64,000 nucleotides of DNA from Clostridia bacterium. GTDB taxonomy: Bacteria > Bacillota > Clostridia > UMGS1883 > UMGS1540. Shown here piece by piece: positions 11,801-20,486 of this stretch. Position numbers and translations under genes: made by a program. The stretch covers positions 5,487 through 69,486 of the forward strand of contig JAFSYJ010000016.1 in assembly GCA_017450025.1 (NCBI GenBank). The letters are read 5' to 3'. Positions within the stretch are counted from its first letter, which is position 1. The number at the start of each line of letters is the position of its first letter. Under the pieces are notes generated by a model. That model ran no database searches, was not told the DNA's origin, and was given only the letters and a program-made list of their open reading frames with translations.

Positions 11801-12623
11801 ATTTTTTAAAAGTAAATTATTTATTGTTTTGATAATCATAACTGTTGTGGTTGCGTCGCTTATGATGATATCAACGGCTATCGGAACGCCTAACTTTATA
11901 ACAAACGCCGTTGAGTTCGTTGTAACGCCCGTGAGCAGGCTTTTCTATTCTGCCGCAGGCGGTGTGGATAATATGTTTACAAGCGCGTCGCAGGCAGGCG
12001 AATACCGCACAATGTACGAGCAGGCGCAAAGCAAAATAACAGAGCTTGAAAATCAGGTCAGGGAAATCGACGAGCTCCGTGCGGAAAACGACAGACTGCG
12101 CGCGATTTTGGGCTTTAAGGAGTACAACAATCAGTTTGAAACTGTTGCAGGGCAGATAACCGCTAAAGAACCGGGCAATATGTACGCCGATTTAAAGGTA
12201 AACCGTGGCACGAACGACGGAATATCAAAAGACGATGTAGTAATAACGGATAAAGGGCTTGTCGGCTATGTGTCGGAAGCCGGAAACACATGGTGCAAGG
12301 TCAGAACTATACTCGATCCGTCGTCGTCAGTCGGCTGCATTGTGGGCAGAACAGGCGACAGGGCAATAGTTGAGGGTAGTACCGAGCTCGTGGACAGCGG
12401 CAAATGCAATATGCTTTATATCGCAAAGGGCGCAAGCGTTGCAACAGGCGACAGCGTGGAGACTTCGGGCCTCGGCAGCATATACCCCGAGGGTATTCTG
12501 ATAGGCAAAATAACACAGATAACGCCTGATGTTCAGGGGCTTTACAATCAGGCGACGGTTGAAGCATCGGTTGATTTTGACAAGATAAGAGAAGTTCTTA
12601 TAATAGTCGGCAAAAAGCAGTAA
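11793..12623 (+). CDS. mreC: Rod shape-determining protein MreC
   Basis: N-terminal TM, a coiled-coil (ELENQVREIDELRAENDRLRAILGFK), then a beta-barrel region (VVITDKGLVGYV, YPEGILIGKI). The ATG at 11793 overlaps the end of maf. Confidence 0.85.
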   Translation: MSKFFKSKLFIVLIIITVVVASLMMISTAIGTPNFITNAVEFVVTPVSRLFYSAAGGVDNMFTSASQAGEYRTMYEQAQSKITELENQVREIDELRAENDRLRAILGFKEYNNQFETVAGQITAKEPGNMYADLKVNRGTNDGISKDDVVITDKGLVGYVSEAGNTWCKVRTILDPSSSVGCIVGRTGDRAIVEGSTELVDSGKCNMLYIAKGASVATGDSVETSGLGSIYPEGILIGKITQITPDVQGLYNQATVEASVDFDKIREVLIIVGKKQ

Positions 12624-12650
12624 AACACAAGACGGAAGGAACTGGTAATT

Positions 12651-13142
12651 GTGAGGCATTTTTGGAACGCCTTGATTTTGATTTTCAGCTTAATATTGCA
12701 AAGTACGGTTATGCACTTTTTGGGCATAATGGGCGTTGTGCCAAACATTTTGCTCGCCGCCGCAGCGTCTGTTGTTCTCTGCTCCAATAGCCCTATGCAG
12801 GCGCTCATATACGGTCTTGCGTCGGGAGTTATATACGACTTGGCGTGGGGCAGGGTATTCGGTATTCACGCGCTTATTTTTATGTATATTGCCGTTTCTT
12901 TATACTTTGCGGCGGACTATGTTTATAAAAAGAATATAACAGTGTGCGTGCTGTTTGCTTTTCTGGCTTCACTTTTGCACGATATTATATTTTTTGCGGT
13001 CAGCTTTTTGCTGTTCGGAAAGGGTAACTTTTTGTATGTCCTTTTCAGAATAATGATACCGGCTGCCGCATACACGGCGTTTATTCAGATTTTTGTTTAT
13101 ATGCTTGTCAAAAAGGTTAACAGGGCAGGTGAAAGGTTATGA
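12651..13142 (+). CDS. mreD: Rod shape-determining protein MreD
   Basis: A 163 aa polytopic membrane protein directly downstream of mreC and translationally coupled to PBP2 (ATGA). The assignment rests mainly on position and topology. The start is GTG. Confidence 0.65.
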   Translation: MRHFWNALILIFSLILQSTVMHFLGIMGVVPNILLAAAASVVLCSNSPMQALIYGLASGVIYDLAWGRVFGIHALIFMYIAVSLYFAADYVYKKNITVCVLFAFLASLLHDIIFFAVSFLLFGKGNFLYVLFRIMIPAAAYTAFIQIFVYMLVKKVNRAGERL

Positions 13143-15163
13143 GACAAAAGATTTTATATTTTTTAATCGGGCTTCTTACGCTTGCATGCGTGAGCCGCCT
13201 TGTGGACTTGCAGATAGTTAAAGGCTCGGAGTACAGCAATGTCAGCCGCCAGCACCTTTTGAGGACTTCAAGTATCCCGGCACCGCGCGGAGAGATCCTT
13301 GACCGCAACGGCACATCGCTGGTGAGGAGCAAAACGGGGTTTTCGATTGAGATACACTATATGAAGGGGCGCACAAGCAAAGAGCTTAACTCGCTTATTT
13401 TAAAGCTTGCAAATGTGATAAGAGCAAACGGCGAGGCTGTCATAGACAGCTTTCCCATAACGGAAGACGGAAAGAACTTTTCACGCTCTGACGACGAAAT
13501 CCAGGCGTGGAAGGAAAAATACGGGCTTTCCCCGATAGCGACTGTGCGCGACGCGTTTGACTTTTTTGCGGATAAGTATGAAATCGACAAATCATCAAAT
13601 CTTTTAACGCTGCGGACACTCGTCGGCGTGCGCTATGAGATGGACTGCGCAGGATTTTCCGCAAACAATCCGTTTGTCATAGCGTCTGATATTGGTGAGG
13701 CACTTTTGACCAAAATCAAAGAAAAAAACGACGATTACCCAAGCGTTGTTATCTCGACCGCGCCCGTCAGGGAATATGTAAACGGCAGTACGGCGGCGCA
13801 TATTTTGGGCAGAACGGGCAAGATTTATAAAGAAGAATACGAGGCTCTTGACGGTCAGGGCTATAAAATGAGCGACAAGATAGGCAAGCAGGGGATAGAA
13901 AAATACTGCGAGAGCTACTTAAGAGGCGTAGACGGATTGAGCGGCGTCGAGCAGAGCGTTGACCAAAGCCGCATTAAAATAGTTGAGAGCGAGCCTCCGA
14001 AGATGGGCAACAATGTAATCTTAACGATTGACCTGAATGTCCAGAAGGCGGCGGAAAGCGCGCTTCAGGAAACAGTTCAGTATATAAGAAGCAAGAGCGC
14101 GTCGGAGGGAGGTAATGGCGCTGACGCAAACTGCGGAGCAATAGCTGTAATTGATGTAAATTCGGGCGATATTTTGGCGCTCGCGTCATACCCGACATAT
14201 AATCCCGAGCGGTTTGACGAGGATTATGCAACACTCAGCACCGACAGAAACGCGCCGATGTTCAACAGGGCAATAGGCGGCGCATACGAGCCGGGTTCTA
14301 CATTCAAAATGCTGACGGCGGTCGCGGCACTTGAAGAAAATGTAATTAAGCCGTCAGATGTCATAGAGGATAAAGGAATATATAAGTATTACGAGGATTA
14401 CCAGCCGGCGTGCTGGATATACCGAAGTAAGCAGGTGACTCACGGCTATCAGAATGTAACGCAGGCGCTTGAAAATTCCTGTAACTACTTCTTTTACGAT
14501 ATAGGGCGGAGAACGACTATCGAGGGCATCAACAAATACGCTAAGATATTCGGGCTTGGAGAAAGCACAGGCATAGAGCTTTCGAGCGAGGAGGTCTCGG
14601 GCAGGCTTACAAGTCCCGAACTCCGTAAGGCAAGCGGCAGCGTATGGAATCCCGGCGATGTTATGCAGGTGGCAATCGGGCAGTCGGATAATATGTTTAC
14701 GCCGCTTCAGCTTGCAAATTACCTCGCCACGCTTGTAAACGGCGGAACGCGCTACAAGGCGCACCTTATCAAATCCGTCAGGGATTCTGCAACGGGCGTA
14801 GTCCTTTTTGAAAATGCACCCGAGGTAGTCGATAAGCTTGAAATGAAGGAAGAAAACTACAACGCCGTTATGCAGGGAATGAAAAATGTTATCGAGCTCG
14901 GTACTGCAAGCGCCGTGTTTGACGACTTTCCCGTTGCCGTTGGCGGTAAGACGGGTACTGCGGAGGTCGCAGGCGGCTCGGATAACGCGATTTTCTTGGG
15001 CTTTGCGCCGTTTGACAAGCCTGCTATCGCGGTTTGTGCCGTTATAGAGCATGGAGCGCACGGCTCCAATGCGGGCAGAGCGGTGAGAACGGTTATGGAG
15101 GCGTATTTTAATTCAGCAACGCAGGCAAAGCAGATAGGGCAGAAAAATATATTGACAAGATAA
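13139..15163 (+). CDS. mrdA: Penicillin-binding protein 2 (class B transpeptidase)
   Basis: N-terminal TM and PBP dimerisation region. Transpeptidase motifs STFK (GSTFKMLTA), SxN (ENSCNYFF) and KTGT (GGKTGTAEV) are present. It sits next to mreCD. Confidence 0.9.
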   Translation: MRQKILYFLIGLLTLACVSRLVDLQIVKGSEYSNVSRQHLLRTSSIPAPRGEILDRNGTSLVRSKTGFSIEIHYMKGRTSKELNSLILKLANVIRANGEAVIDSFPITEDGKNFSRSDDEIQAWKEKYGLSPIATVRDAFDFFADKYEIDKSSNLLTLRTLVGVRYEMDCAGFSANNPFVIASDIGEALLTKIKEKNDDYPSVVISTAPVREYVNGSTAAHILGRTGKIYKEEYEALDGQGYKMSDKIGKQGIEKYCESYLRGVDGLSGVEQSVDQSRIKIVESEPPKMGNNVILTIDLNVQKAAESALQETVQYIRSKSASEGGNGADANCGAIAVIDVNSGDILALASYPTYNPERFDEDYATLSTDRNAPMFNRAIGGAYEPGSTFKMLTAVAALEENVIKPSDVIEDKGIYKYYEDYQPACWIYRSKQVTHGYQNVTQALENSCNYFFYDIGRRTTIEGINKYAKIFGLGESTGIELSSEEVSGRLTSPELRKASGSVWNPGDVMQVAIGQSDNMFTPLQLANYLATLVNGGTRYKAHLIKSVRDSATGVVLFENAPEVVDKLEMKEENYNAVMQGMKNVIELGTASAVFDDFPVAVGGKTGTAEVAGGSDNAIFLGFAPFDKPAIAVCAVIEHGAHGSNAGRAVRTVMEAYFNSATQAKQIGQKNILTR

Positions 15164-15281
15164 ATAAAAATATAGACTTAAACGGTTATATATGATATAC
15201 TGTATACAGAACTTTAATTTTTAACTAAATTTTTACGGGAGGCGGAACGCTTGTTTCACCTTCGTCAGAATGGGGATTTTT

Positions 15282-16079
15282 ATGGGTGAAGTTATTGTTA
15301 TAACCTCCGGAAAGGGCGGCGTAGGCAAGACGACATCTGCCGCAAATATAGGCTGTGCGCTGGCAAAAGAGGGCAAAAAGGTTATGCTTCTTGATGCCGA
15401 TGTAGGGCTTCGGAATTTAGATATCATTATGGGGCTTGACAACAGCGTGGTTTTTGACTTTTCCGATGTTTTAGACGAAAATTGCAGATTGAGACAGGCG
15501 GTTGTCAGGGACAAAAGATTTGACGGACTATACTTTTTGGCGGCGTCGCAGACAAAGGACAAAAACGAGATAGACATCGAAAAGATGAAGATGTTGACAG
15601 ACGAGTTAAAAGAAAGCTACGACTATGTGATTATAGATTGCGCCGCAGGCATAGAACACGGGTTTCAGATGGCCTGCGAGGGCGCAGACAGGGCAATAGT
15701 GGTCGCAACGCCTGAGATCACATCTGTAAGAGACGCCGACAGGGTTCTTGCAAGGCTTGAGGTTTTAGGCAAAAAGGCAGAAATCGTGATAAACCGCGTA
15801 AAGCTGTCTGCCATAAGAAGGGGCGGCGCACTCGGGATAGACGAGATAATAGAGCTTTTGGCTGCCGATTTAATAGGAATAGTGCCTGACGACGACAGCA
15901 TAATCGCAGCGGCAAACAAGGGCGAACCTGCCGTTTTAAATAAGTCGAGCCGCGCAGGACAGGCATATACCAATATCGCAAAAAGAATTATGGGAGAAAA
16001 GGTCCCTGTTATGGATTTGGAGGACGATAGGTCGATTGGGTTTAAGCTGAAAAGGCTGTTTTCAAGAAAGGCAATTTAG
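15282..16079 (+). CDS. minD: Septum site-determining ATPase MinD
   Basis: Deviant Walker A VITSGKGGVGKTT and a C-terminal amphipathic membrane-targeting helix (GFKLKRLFSRK). The ATG at 15282 gives the canonical MGEVIVITSGKGG start. Confidence 0.9.
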   Translation: MGEVIVITSGKGGVGKTTSAANIGCALAKEGKKVMLLDADVGLRNLDIIMGLDNSVVFDFSDVLDENCRLRQAVVRDKRFDGLYFLAASQTKDKNEIDIEKMKMLTDELKESYDYVIIDCAAGIEHGFQMACEGADRAIVVATPEITSVRDADRVLARLEVLGKKAEIVINRVKLSAIRRGGALGIDEIIELLAADLIGIVPDDDSIIAAANKGEPAVLNKSSRAGQAYTNIAKRIMGEKVPVMDLEDDRSIGFKLKRLFSRKAI

Positions 16080-16190
16080 TCATCGGAGATCATAACTGAA
16101 TATGGGTTAAAAAGAAATTTCACATAACACTGCAGAAATCCTGCAAATATACGCCGGCGATAATATCGCAACTTTTGGAAGGAGGAGCTT

Positions 16191-16586
16191 ATGAACATCG
16201 CTATAATTGCGCACGAAAAGAAAAGGGAATTGATGGCACAGTTTTGTATAGCATACAAAGGAACATTTAAAAATCATAATCTGATTGCACCTGATGCCAC
16301 AGGCAGCTATGTGTCCGAAGCAACAGGATTAAAGGTTGAACGCTTACTTTCAGGTTCGGGCGGAATACAGCAGATCGGCGCAAGAATTGCGTACAACGAA
16401 ATCGACGCGGTGCTTTTTTTCCACGACCCGCTTACCAATCACGGGTACGAGTCGGATATTGATATGATAATGCGATTGTGTGATGTGCATAATATTCCGC
16501 TTGCAACAAATATTGCGTCGTCGGAGATACTTGTCATGGGTATCAACCGCGGCGATCTCGATTGGAGAAATGTGTTAAAATCATAG
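16191..16586 (+). CDS. mgsA: Methylglyoxal synthase family protein with a divergent active-site motif
   Basis: Clear MGS-like fold signature (MNIAIIAHEKKRELM..., FFHDPL, IPLATN). The GGDQQ motif reads GGIQQ, and GTTG reads DATG. Confidence 0.75.
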   Translation: MNIAIIAHEKKRELMAQFCIAYKGTFKNHNLIAPDATGSYVSEATGLKVERLLSGSGGIQQIGARIAYNEIDAVLFFHDPLTNHGYESDIDMIMRLCDVHNIPLATNIASSEILVMGINRGDLDWRNVLKS

Positions 16587-16597
16587 GGGAGCAAAAT

Positions 16598-17857
16598 ATG
16601 TCAATACTTATTAAAAACATTAAAATTATAACCTCCGGTTCGGATATTTATGAGGCTGATGTTTACATAGAAAACGACAAAATCAAATATATAGGCGCAG
16701 GCGCGGACTTTACGGCGGATACCGTGATAAACGGCGCGGGGCGCGTTTTGATGCCGGGGCTTATCAACACACACACGCACAGCTCTATGACTCTTTTCCG
16801 TTCGTATGCCGAGGGACTTTCGTTGGAGGACTGGCTCTTTACCAAGATTTTTCCCGCCGAGGCAAGGCTCTGCGGTGAAGATGTCAAAAACGGCACGCTT
16901 CTCGCCGCTATGGAGATGATTGCGTCAGGCACGACCTGTTTTAACGATATGTACTTTTTCCTTGACGATATATTGGCCGCCGTTTCCGAAACAGGCATAA
17001 GGGCGCAAATATCGCGAGGGCTTTCAAATAACGACAGAATTGAATATAAAAATGAAGAAAAATTCCTCGATAACTTGAGGTTTTATAAAGATTTTAACGG
17101 CGCGGCAGACGGCAGAGTTACTGTGGGATATTCGCTGCACGCCGTTTATACCTGCTCGCCCGAGTATCTTAAATATGTCGCAGGCGAGGTCAAAAAATCG
17201 GGCGGCACGATGCACATTCACCTTTCCGAGACGGAAACCGAAAACAAAAACTGCCTTGAAACATACGGCGTGACGCCGACTGTTTTGATGGACAGGGCAG
17301 GCGTGTTTGATATTTCGCCATGCGTAGCCGCGCACTGTGTGCATTTGTCAGATGAGGACATTAAAATTCTTCAAAGCAAAGGCGTTTTTACGGCGATGAA
17401 TCCTTCAAGCAATCTCAAGCTGAGGAGCGGAATACCCGACATCAAGCGCCTTAATTACTCAGGGATAAATTGGACTATCGGTACAGACGGCGCATCGTCA
17501 AACAATAACCTTAATATGTTCGAAGAAATGCACCTTGCGGCACTTTTGTCGGGGCTTACGCCTGACGAGGTTATAACGGCGGCAACAAAAACAGGTGCAA
17601 AAGCGCTCGGACTTGCGAATTTGGGCGAGATAAAAGAGGGCTATAAAGCGGATTTGATAATCGTGGACATTGACAGACCGCATTTTCACCCGATACACGA
17701 TTTGCGCGCGGATATGGTATATTCGGCGCAGGGGGCAGATGTTGAAACCGTTATTATTAACGGCAAAATCGTTTATAAAAACCGCGAATTTTTGACTGCG
17801 GATTTTGAAAAAATTAAATTTGAGGCTGAAAAAAGTAAAAATAGATTATGCATATGA
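16598..17857 (+). CDS. mtaD: Amidohydrolase, 5-methylthioadenosine/S-adenosylhomocysteine deaminase-like
   Basis: Metal-binding motif GLINTHTHSSMTLFRS, HLSET, GTDGASSNN and a C-terminal composite domain. The ATG is at 16598. Confidence 0.8.
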   Translation: MSILIKNIKIITSGSDIYEADVYIENDKIKYIGAGADFTADTVINGAGRVLMPGLINTHTHSSMTLFRSYAEGLSLEDWLFTKIFPAEARLCGEDVKNGTLLAAMEMIASGTTCFNDMYFFLDDILAAVSETGIRAQISRGLSNNDRIEYKNEEKFLDNLRFYKDFNGAADGRVTVGYSLHAVYTCSPEYLKYVAGEVKKSGGTMHIHLSETETENKNCLETYGVTPTVLMDRAGVFDISPCVAAHCVHLSDEDIKILQSKGVFTAMNPSSNLKLRSGIPDIKRLNYSGINWTIGTDGASSNNNLNMFEEMHLAALLSGLTPDEVITAATKTGAKALGLANLGEIKEGYKADLIIVDIDRPHFHPIHDLRADMVYSAQGADVETVIINGKIVYKNREFLTADFEKIKFEAEKSKNRLCI

Positions 17858-18489
17858 AATTTGATACAATTTTATTTGATGTTGACGGTACGATTTTAAA
17901 TACCTGCGAAGGCATAACAAAGGGAGTGGCATACGGCATTGAAAAATGCGGTTTGCCGCCCCTTAGTTTTGAAACGCGTAAAAGGTTTATAGGGCCGCCT
18001 CTTCGGGAATCCTTTATGAAATATTGCGGCGTTTCGGCTCAAGACGCAGAGACGGTACTTAAAACATACAGAGAGTATTACTCTGCAAAAGGAATGTTTG
18101 AGTGCGAGCCGTACGACGGCATAGAAGAGCTTTTGCAATATATGACAGACAACGGCTACACGGTTTATACCGCAACCGCAAAGCCTGTGGAATATACATC
18201 GGTTATGCTTGAAAAGTTCGACCTTAAAAAGTATTTTAAAGAAATTATCGGGGCGAGTATGGATAAAAGTATGGACACAAAAGAAAAAATCATAAAAGCC
18301 GTACTCGACAGAGAAAAAACCGCAAACGCCGTTATGATTGGCGATACTGCCTACGATGTTTTGGGCGCGCGTGAAAACAATGTACCCACAATAGCGGTCA
18401 CATACGGCTTCGGCAACAGAGAGGACCTGCTTAACGCAAAGCCGGATTATATCGCGGAAACAGTTGAGGATATATATAAGTATATTTAA
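17854..18489 (+). CDS. HAD family hydrolase (phosphoglycolate phosphatase-like)
   Basis: HAD motif I ILFDVDGTILNT and motif IV IGDTAYDVLGA. The ATG at 17854 overlaps the mtaD stop (ATGA). An alternative ATG lies at 17848. Confidence 0.8.
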   Translation: MKFDTILFDVDGTILNTCEGITKGVAYGIEKCGLPPLSFETRKRFIGPPLRESFMKYCGVSAQDAETVLKTYREYYSAKGMFECEPYDGIEELLQYMTDNGYTVYTATAKPVEYTSVMLEKFDLKKYFKEIIGASMDKSMDTKEKIIKAVLDREKTANAVMIGDTAYDVLGARENNVPTIAVTYGFGNREDLLNAKPDYIAETVEDIYKYI

Positions 18490-18516
18490 AAGGGCAATTT
18501 TAAATTGCCCTTTTTG
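18489..18516 (+). terminator. Rho-independent terminator after the HAD hydrolase gene
   Basis: Inverted repeat AGGGCAATTT / AAATTGCCCT followed by TTTTT, immediately after the stop codon. Confidence 0.8.
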
Positions 18517-18655
18517 TATGTTTGATATAGCGGTAAATCACGGTTCGCCCGTTTTTATTATGTATGAAATTACTGTAATATGCAGTAATGACGGAATATC
18601 AAAAACGCTACCTTATTCCTCCGCCCGCAGGCGGAGTTTTTGTCAAAAGCTTTTT

Positions 18656-19888
18656 TTATTCAAGCACGGCTTCGGCAGCCTTTAAAATCGCGATTTTGGC
18701 TGACGAATATGTCAAGCCGCCCTGCATATACACGGCAAACGGCTCGCGCATCGGGGCGTCTGCGCTGATTTCGATAGACGCGCCTTGCGTAAATGTCCCT
18801 GCCGCCATTATAATATCGCAGTCGTAACCGGGCATAGGCCACGGCACAGGCGACACAAACGAATCAACAGGCGAGCCTGATTGTATTCCGCGGCAGAACT
18901 TTTTGACATTTTCAGCGTTTTGGAGCTTAATTGCCTGAATTATGTCGCTGCGCTTGTCTGTCAGAGAGGGGTAAATGTCAAACCCCGAAAGCGAGAATAT
19001 AGCGCCTGCAAAAAGCGAAGCCTTGATAGCCTGCGCGACAGTGTGAGGCGACAAATAAAAGCCCTGAAAAATCTGCTTTAACATTCCATAATTTGAGCCA
19101 CATTCAAGACCGATACCGGGCGCTAAAAGCGCGTCTGCGCAAAGCTCAACGAGGTCTGCGCACCCTGCGATATAACCGCCTGTCGGCGCAAGTCCCCCGC
19201 CCGGGTTTTTTATGAGAGAGCCTGCCATAAGGTCAGCACCGGCCGACACAGGCTCGCGCGTGTCAACAAATTCGCCGTAGCAGTTGTCAACAAGGATAAT
19301 GACATCGCTTTTGACGGAGCGGATATGGCGGCATAAGTCCTCAATTTTTTCGATAGTCAGCGACGGGCGCAGTGCATATCCGCGTGAACGCTGAATTAAA
19401 ACCGCCTTGACATCGGGCGTGAGAGCGTTTGCAATGCCGTCGTAATCAGGCGCACCGTCTTTGAGCGCAACCTCTTTGTAGTTTATGTTAAATGTGTCCA
19501 GCGACGATTTGTTGCCGCGAATTACACCCTGAAGCGTATCATACGGCGCACCGGCGGCTGACAAAAGCGTATCACCCGGGCGCAGAACGCCGAAAAGCAT
19601 CGTCGAAAGCGTGTGCGTGCCCGAAATAAAATTCGGGCGGACAAGTGCGCTTTCCGCGCCAAAGGCGTGCGCAAAAACCTTGTTCAGCGCGTCTCGGCCT
19701 TCATCGTCATAGCCGTAGCCGTCTGTCGCGATAAAGTGCGACGCAGAAATACGGCATTCCTCAAACGCCGCCTGAATTTTTTGCTGGTTTTCAAATTCTG
19801 TTTGTTCAATTTTTTCAAACTGCGGAGCTATCAACTGTTCCGCTTTTTTTTGATAAGTCAAGTAATTTTTCAGAAAACATATAATCAC
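18656..19888 (-). CDS. Methionine gamma-lyase family protein (PLP-dependent; aluminium-resistance/YnbB-like)
   Basis: FIATDGYGYDDEGRDALNKVFAHAFGAESALVRP... and GSLIKNPGGGLAPTGGYIAG are characteristic of the Met_gamma_lyase (PF06838) family. Confidence 0.85.
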   Translation of the reverse strand: MIICFLKNYLTYQKKAEQLIAPQFEKIEQTEFENQQKIQAAFEECRISASHFIATDGYGYDDEGRDALNKVFAHAFGAESALVRPNFISGTHTLSTMLFGVLRPGDTLLSAAGAPYDTLQGVIRGNKSSLDTFNINYKEVALKDGAPDYDGIANALTPDVKAVLIQRSRGYALRPSLTIEKIEDLCRHIRSVKSDVIILVDNCYGEFVDTREPVSAGADLMAGSLIKNPGGGLAPTGGYIAGCADLVELCADALLAPGIGLECGSNYGMLKQIFQGFYLSPHTVAQAIKASLFAGAIFSLSGFDIYPSLTDKRSDIIQAIKLQNAENVKKFCRGIQSGSPVDSFVSPVPWPMPGYDCDIIMAAGTFTQGASIEISADAPMREPFAVYMQGGLTYSSAKIAILKAAEAVLE

Positions 19889-19892
19889 CTAT

Positions 19893-19918
19893 TAAAAAAG
19901 AGGCGTTTGCCTCTTTTT
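19893..19918 (-). terminator. Rho-independent terminator of the symporter-ligase-iorAB operon
   Basis: On the minus strand the stem AAAGAGGC / GCCTCTTT is followed by TTTTTT. It directly abuts the iorB stop. Confidence 0.75.
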
Positions 19919-20486
19919 ATGCAAAATTATAGCCCAAATCAAAAGCCTTAAGATTTACTTCTCTGAACTTTTCGGGAACGGTCTCTTTAATGACCTTCTC
20001 AAAAACGGCCTTGTCAATATTTGTGTTTGCCGCCAAAACGCCGATAAGAACAACATTTACGGCGCGCTCGTTACCTGCCTTGCGCGCGAGTGAAAGCGCA
20101 TCGACCGCTATAACATTAACGCCTTTTGCGCGGATTTTTTCTATTATGTTTTCAGGATATGTCATTTTGCCTGTAATAACGGGCATCGGGTCCATATTCT
20201 GTGTGTTTACAATAAGCTTGCCGTCGGGCTTAAGAGCTTCAAGGTATCTGTATGCTTCAAGCTCCTCAAACGCGAGCACGGTGTCCGCGTCGCAGTTGCC
20301 GATAATAGGGGAATAAACCTTTTCGCCGAACTTTACATAAGTCACAACGCTTCCTCCGCGCTGGCTCATTCCGTGAACCTCGCTTACCTTAACATCGTGA
20401 CCCAAAGTTATAGCGACATTACCCAAGATACGGCTGGCGAGCAAAGTACCTTGACCGCCTACGCCTGCAATAAGTATGTTACTCAT
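19917..20486 (-). CDS. iorB: Indolepyruvate ferredoxin oxidoreductase subunit beta
   Basis: MSNILIAGVGGQGTLLASRILG is a typical IorB/2-oxoacid:ferredoxin oxidoreductase gamma-type N-terminus. The start shares one base with the iorA stop (TAATG). Confidence 0.9.
   Translation of the reverse strand: MSNILIAGVGGQGTLLASRILGNVAITLGHDVKVSEVHGMSQRGGSVVTYVKFGEKVYSPIIGNCDADTVLAFEELEAYRYLEALKPDGKLIVNTQNMDPMPVITGKMTYPENIIEKIRAKGVNVIAVDALSLARKAGNERAVNVVLIGVLAANTNIDKAVFEKVIKETVPEKFREVNLKAFDLGYNFA

Noticed and set aside
14354-15061. 235 aa minus-strand ORF inside the PBP2 gene
   Set aside because: It is antisense to a gene with unambiguous SxxK/SxN/KTG motifs, has no RBS and has Arg/Leu-rich nonsense-like composition. 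This is typical of shadow ORFs in GC-richer DNA.
16076-16258. 60 aa ORF after minD considered as MinE
   Set aside because: It is on the wrong strand, has hydrophobic nonsense composition and has no MinE-like N-terminal amphipathic helix or topological-specificity motif.
18517-18655. Possible small RNA or riboswitch between the HAD gene and the Met-gamma-lyase-family gene
   Set aside because: The region contains two hairpins (ATTACTG..CAGTAAT, and CTCCGCC-CGCA-GGCGGAG plus a T-run). I recognise no known riboswitch consensus, and the second hairpin is adequately explained as a terminator.
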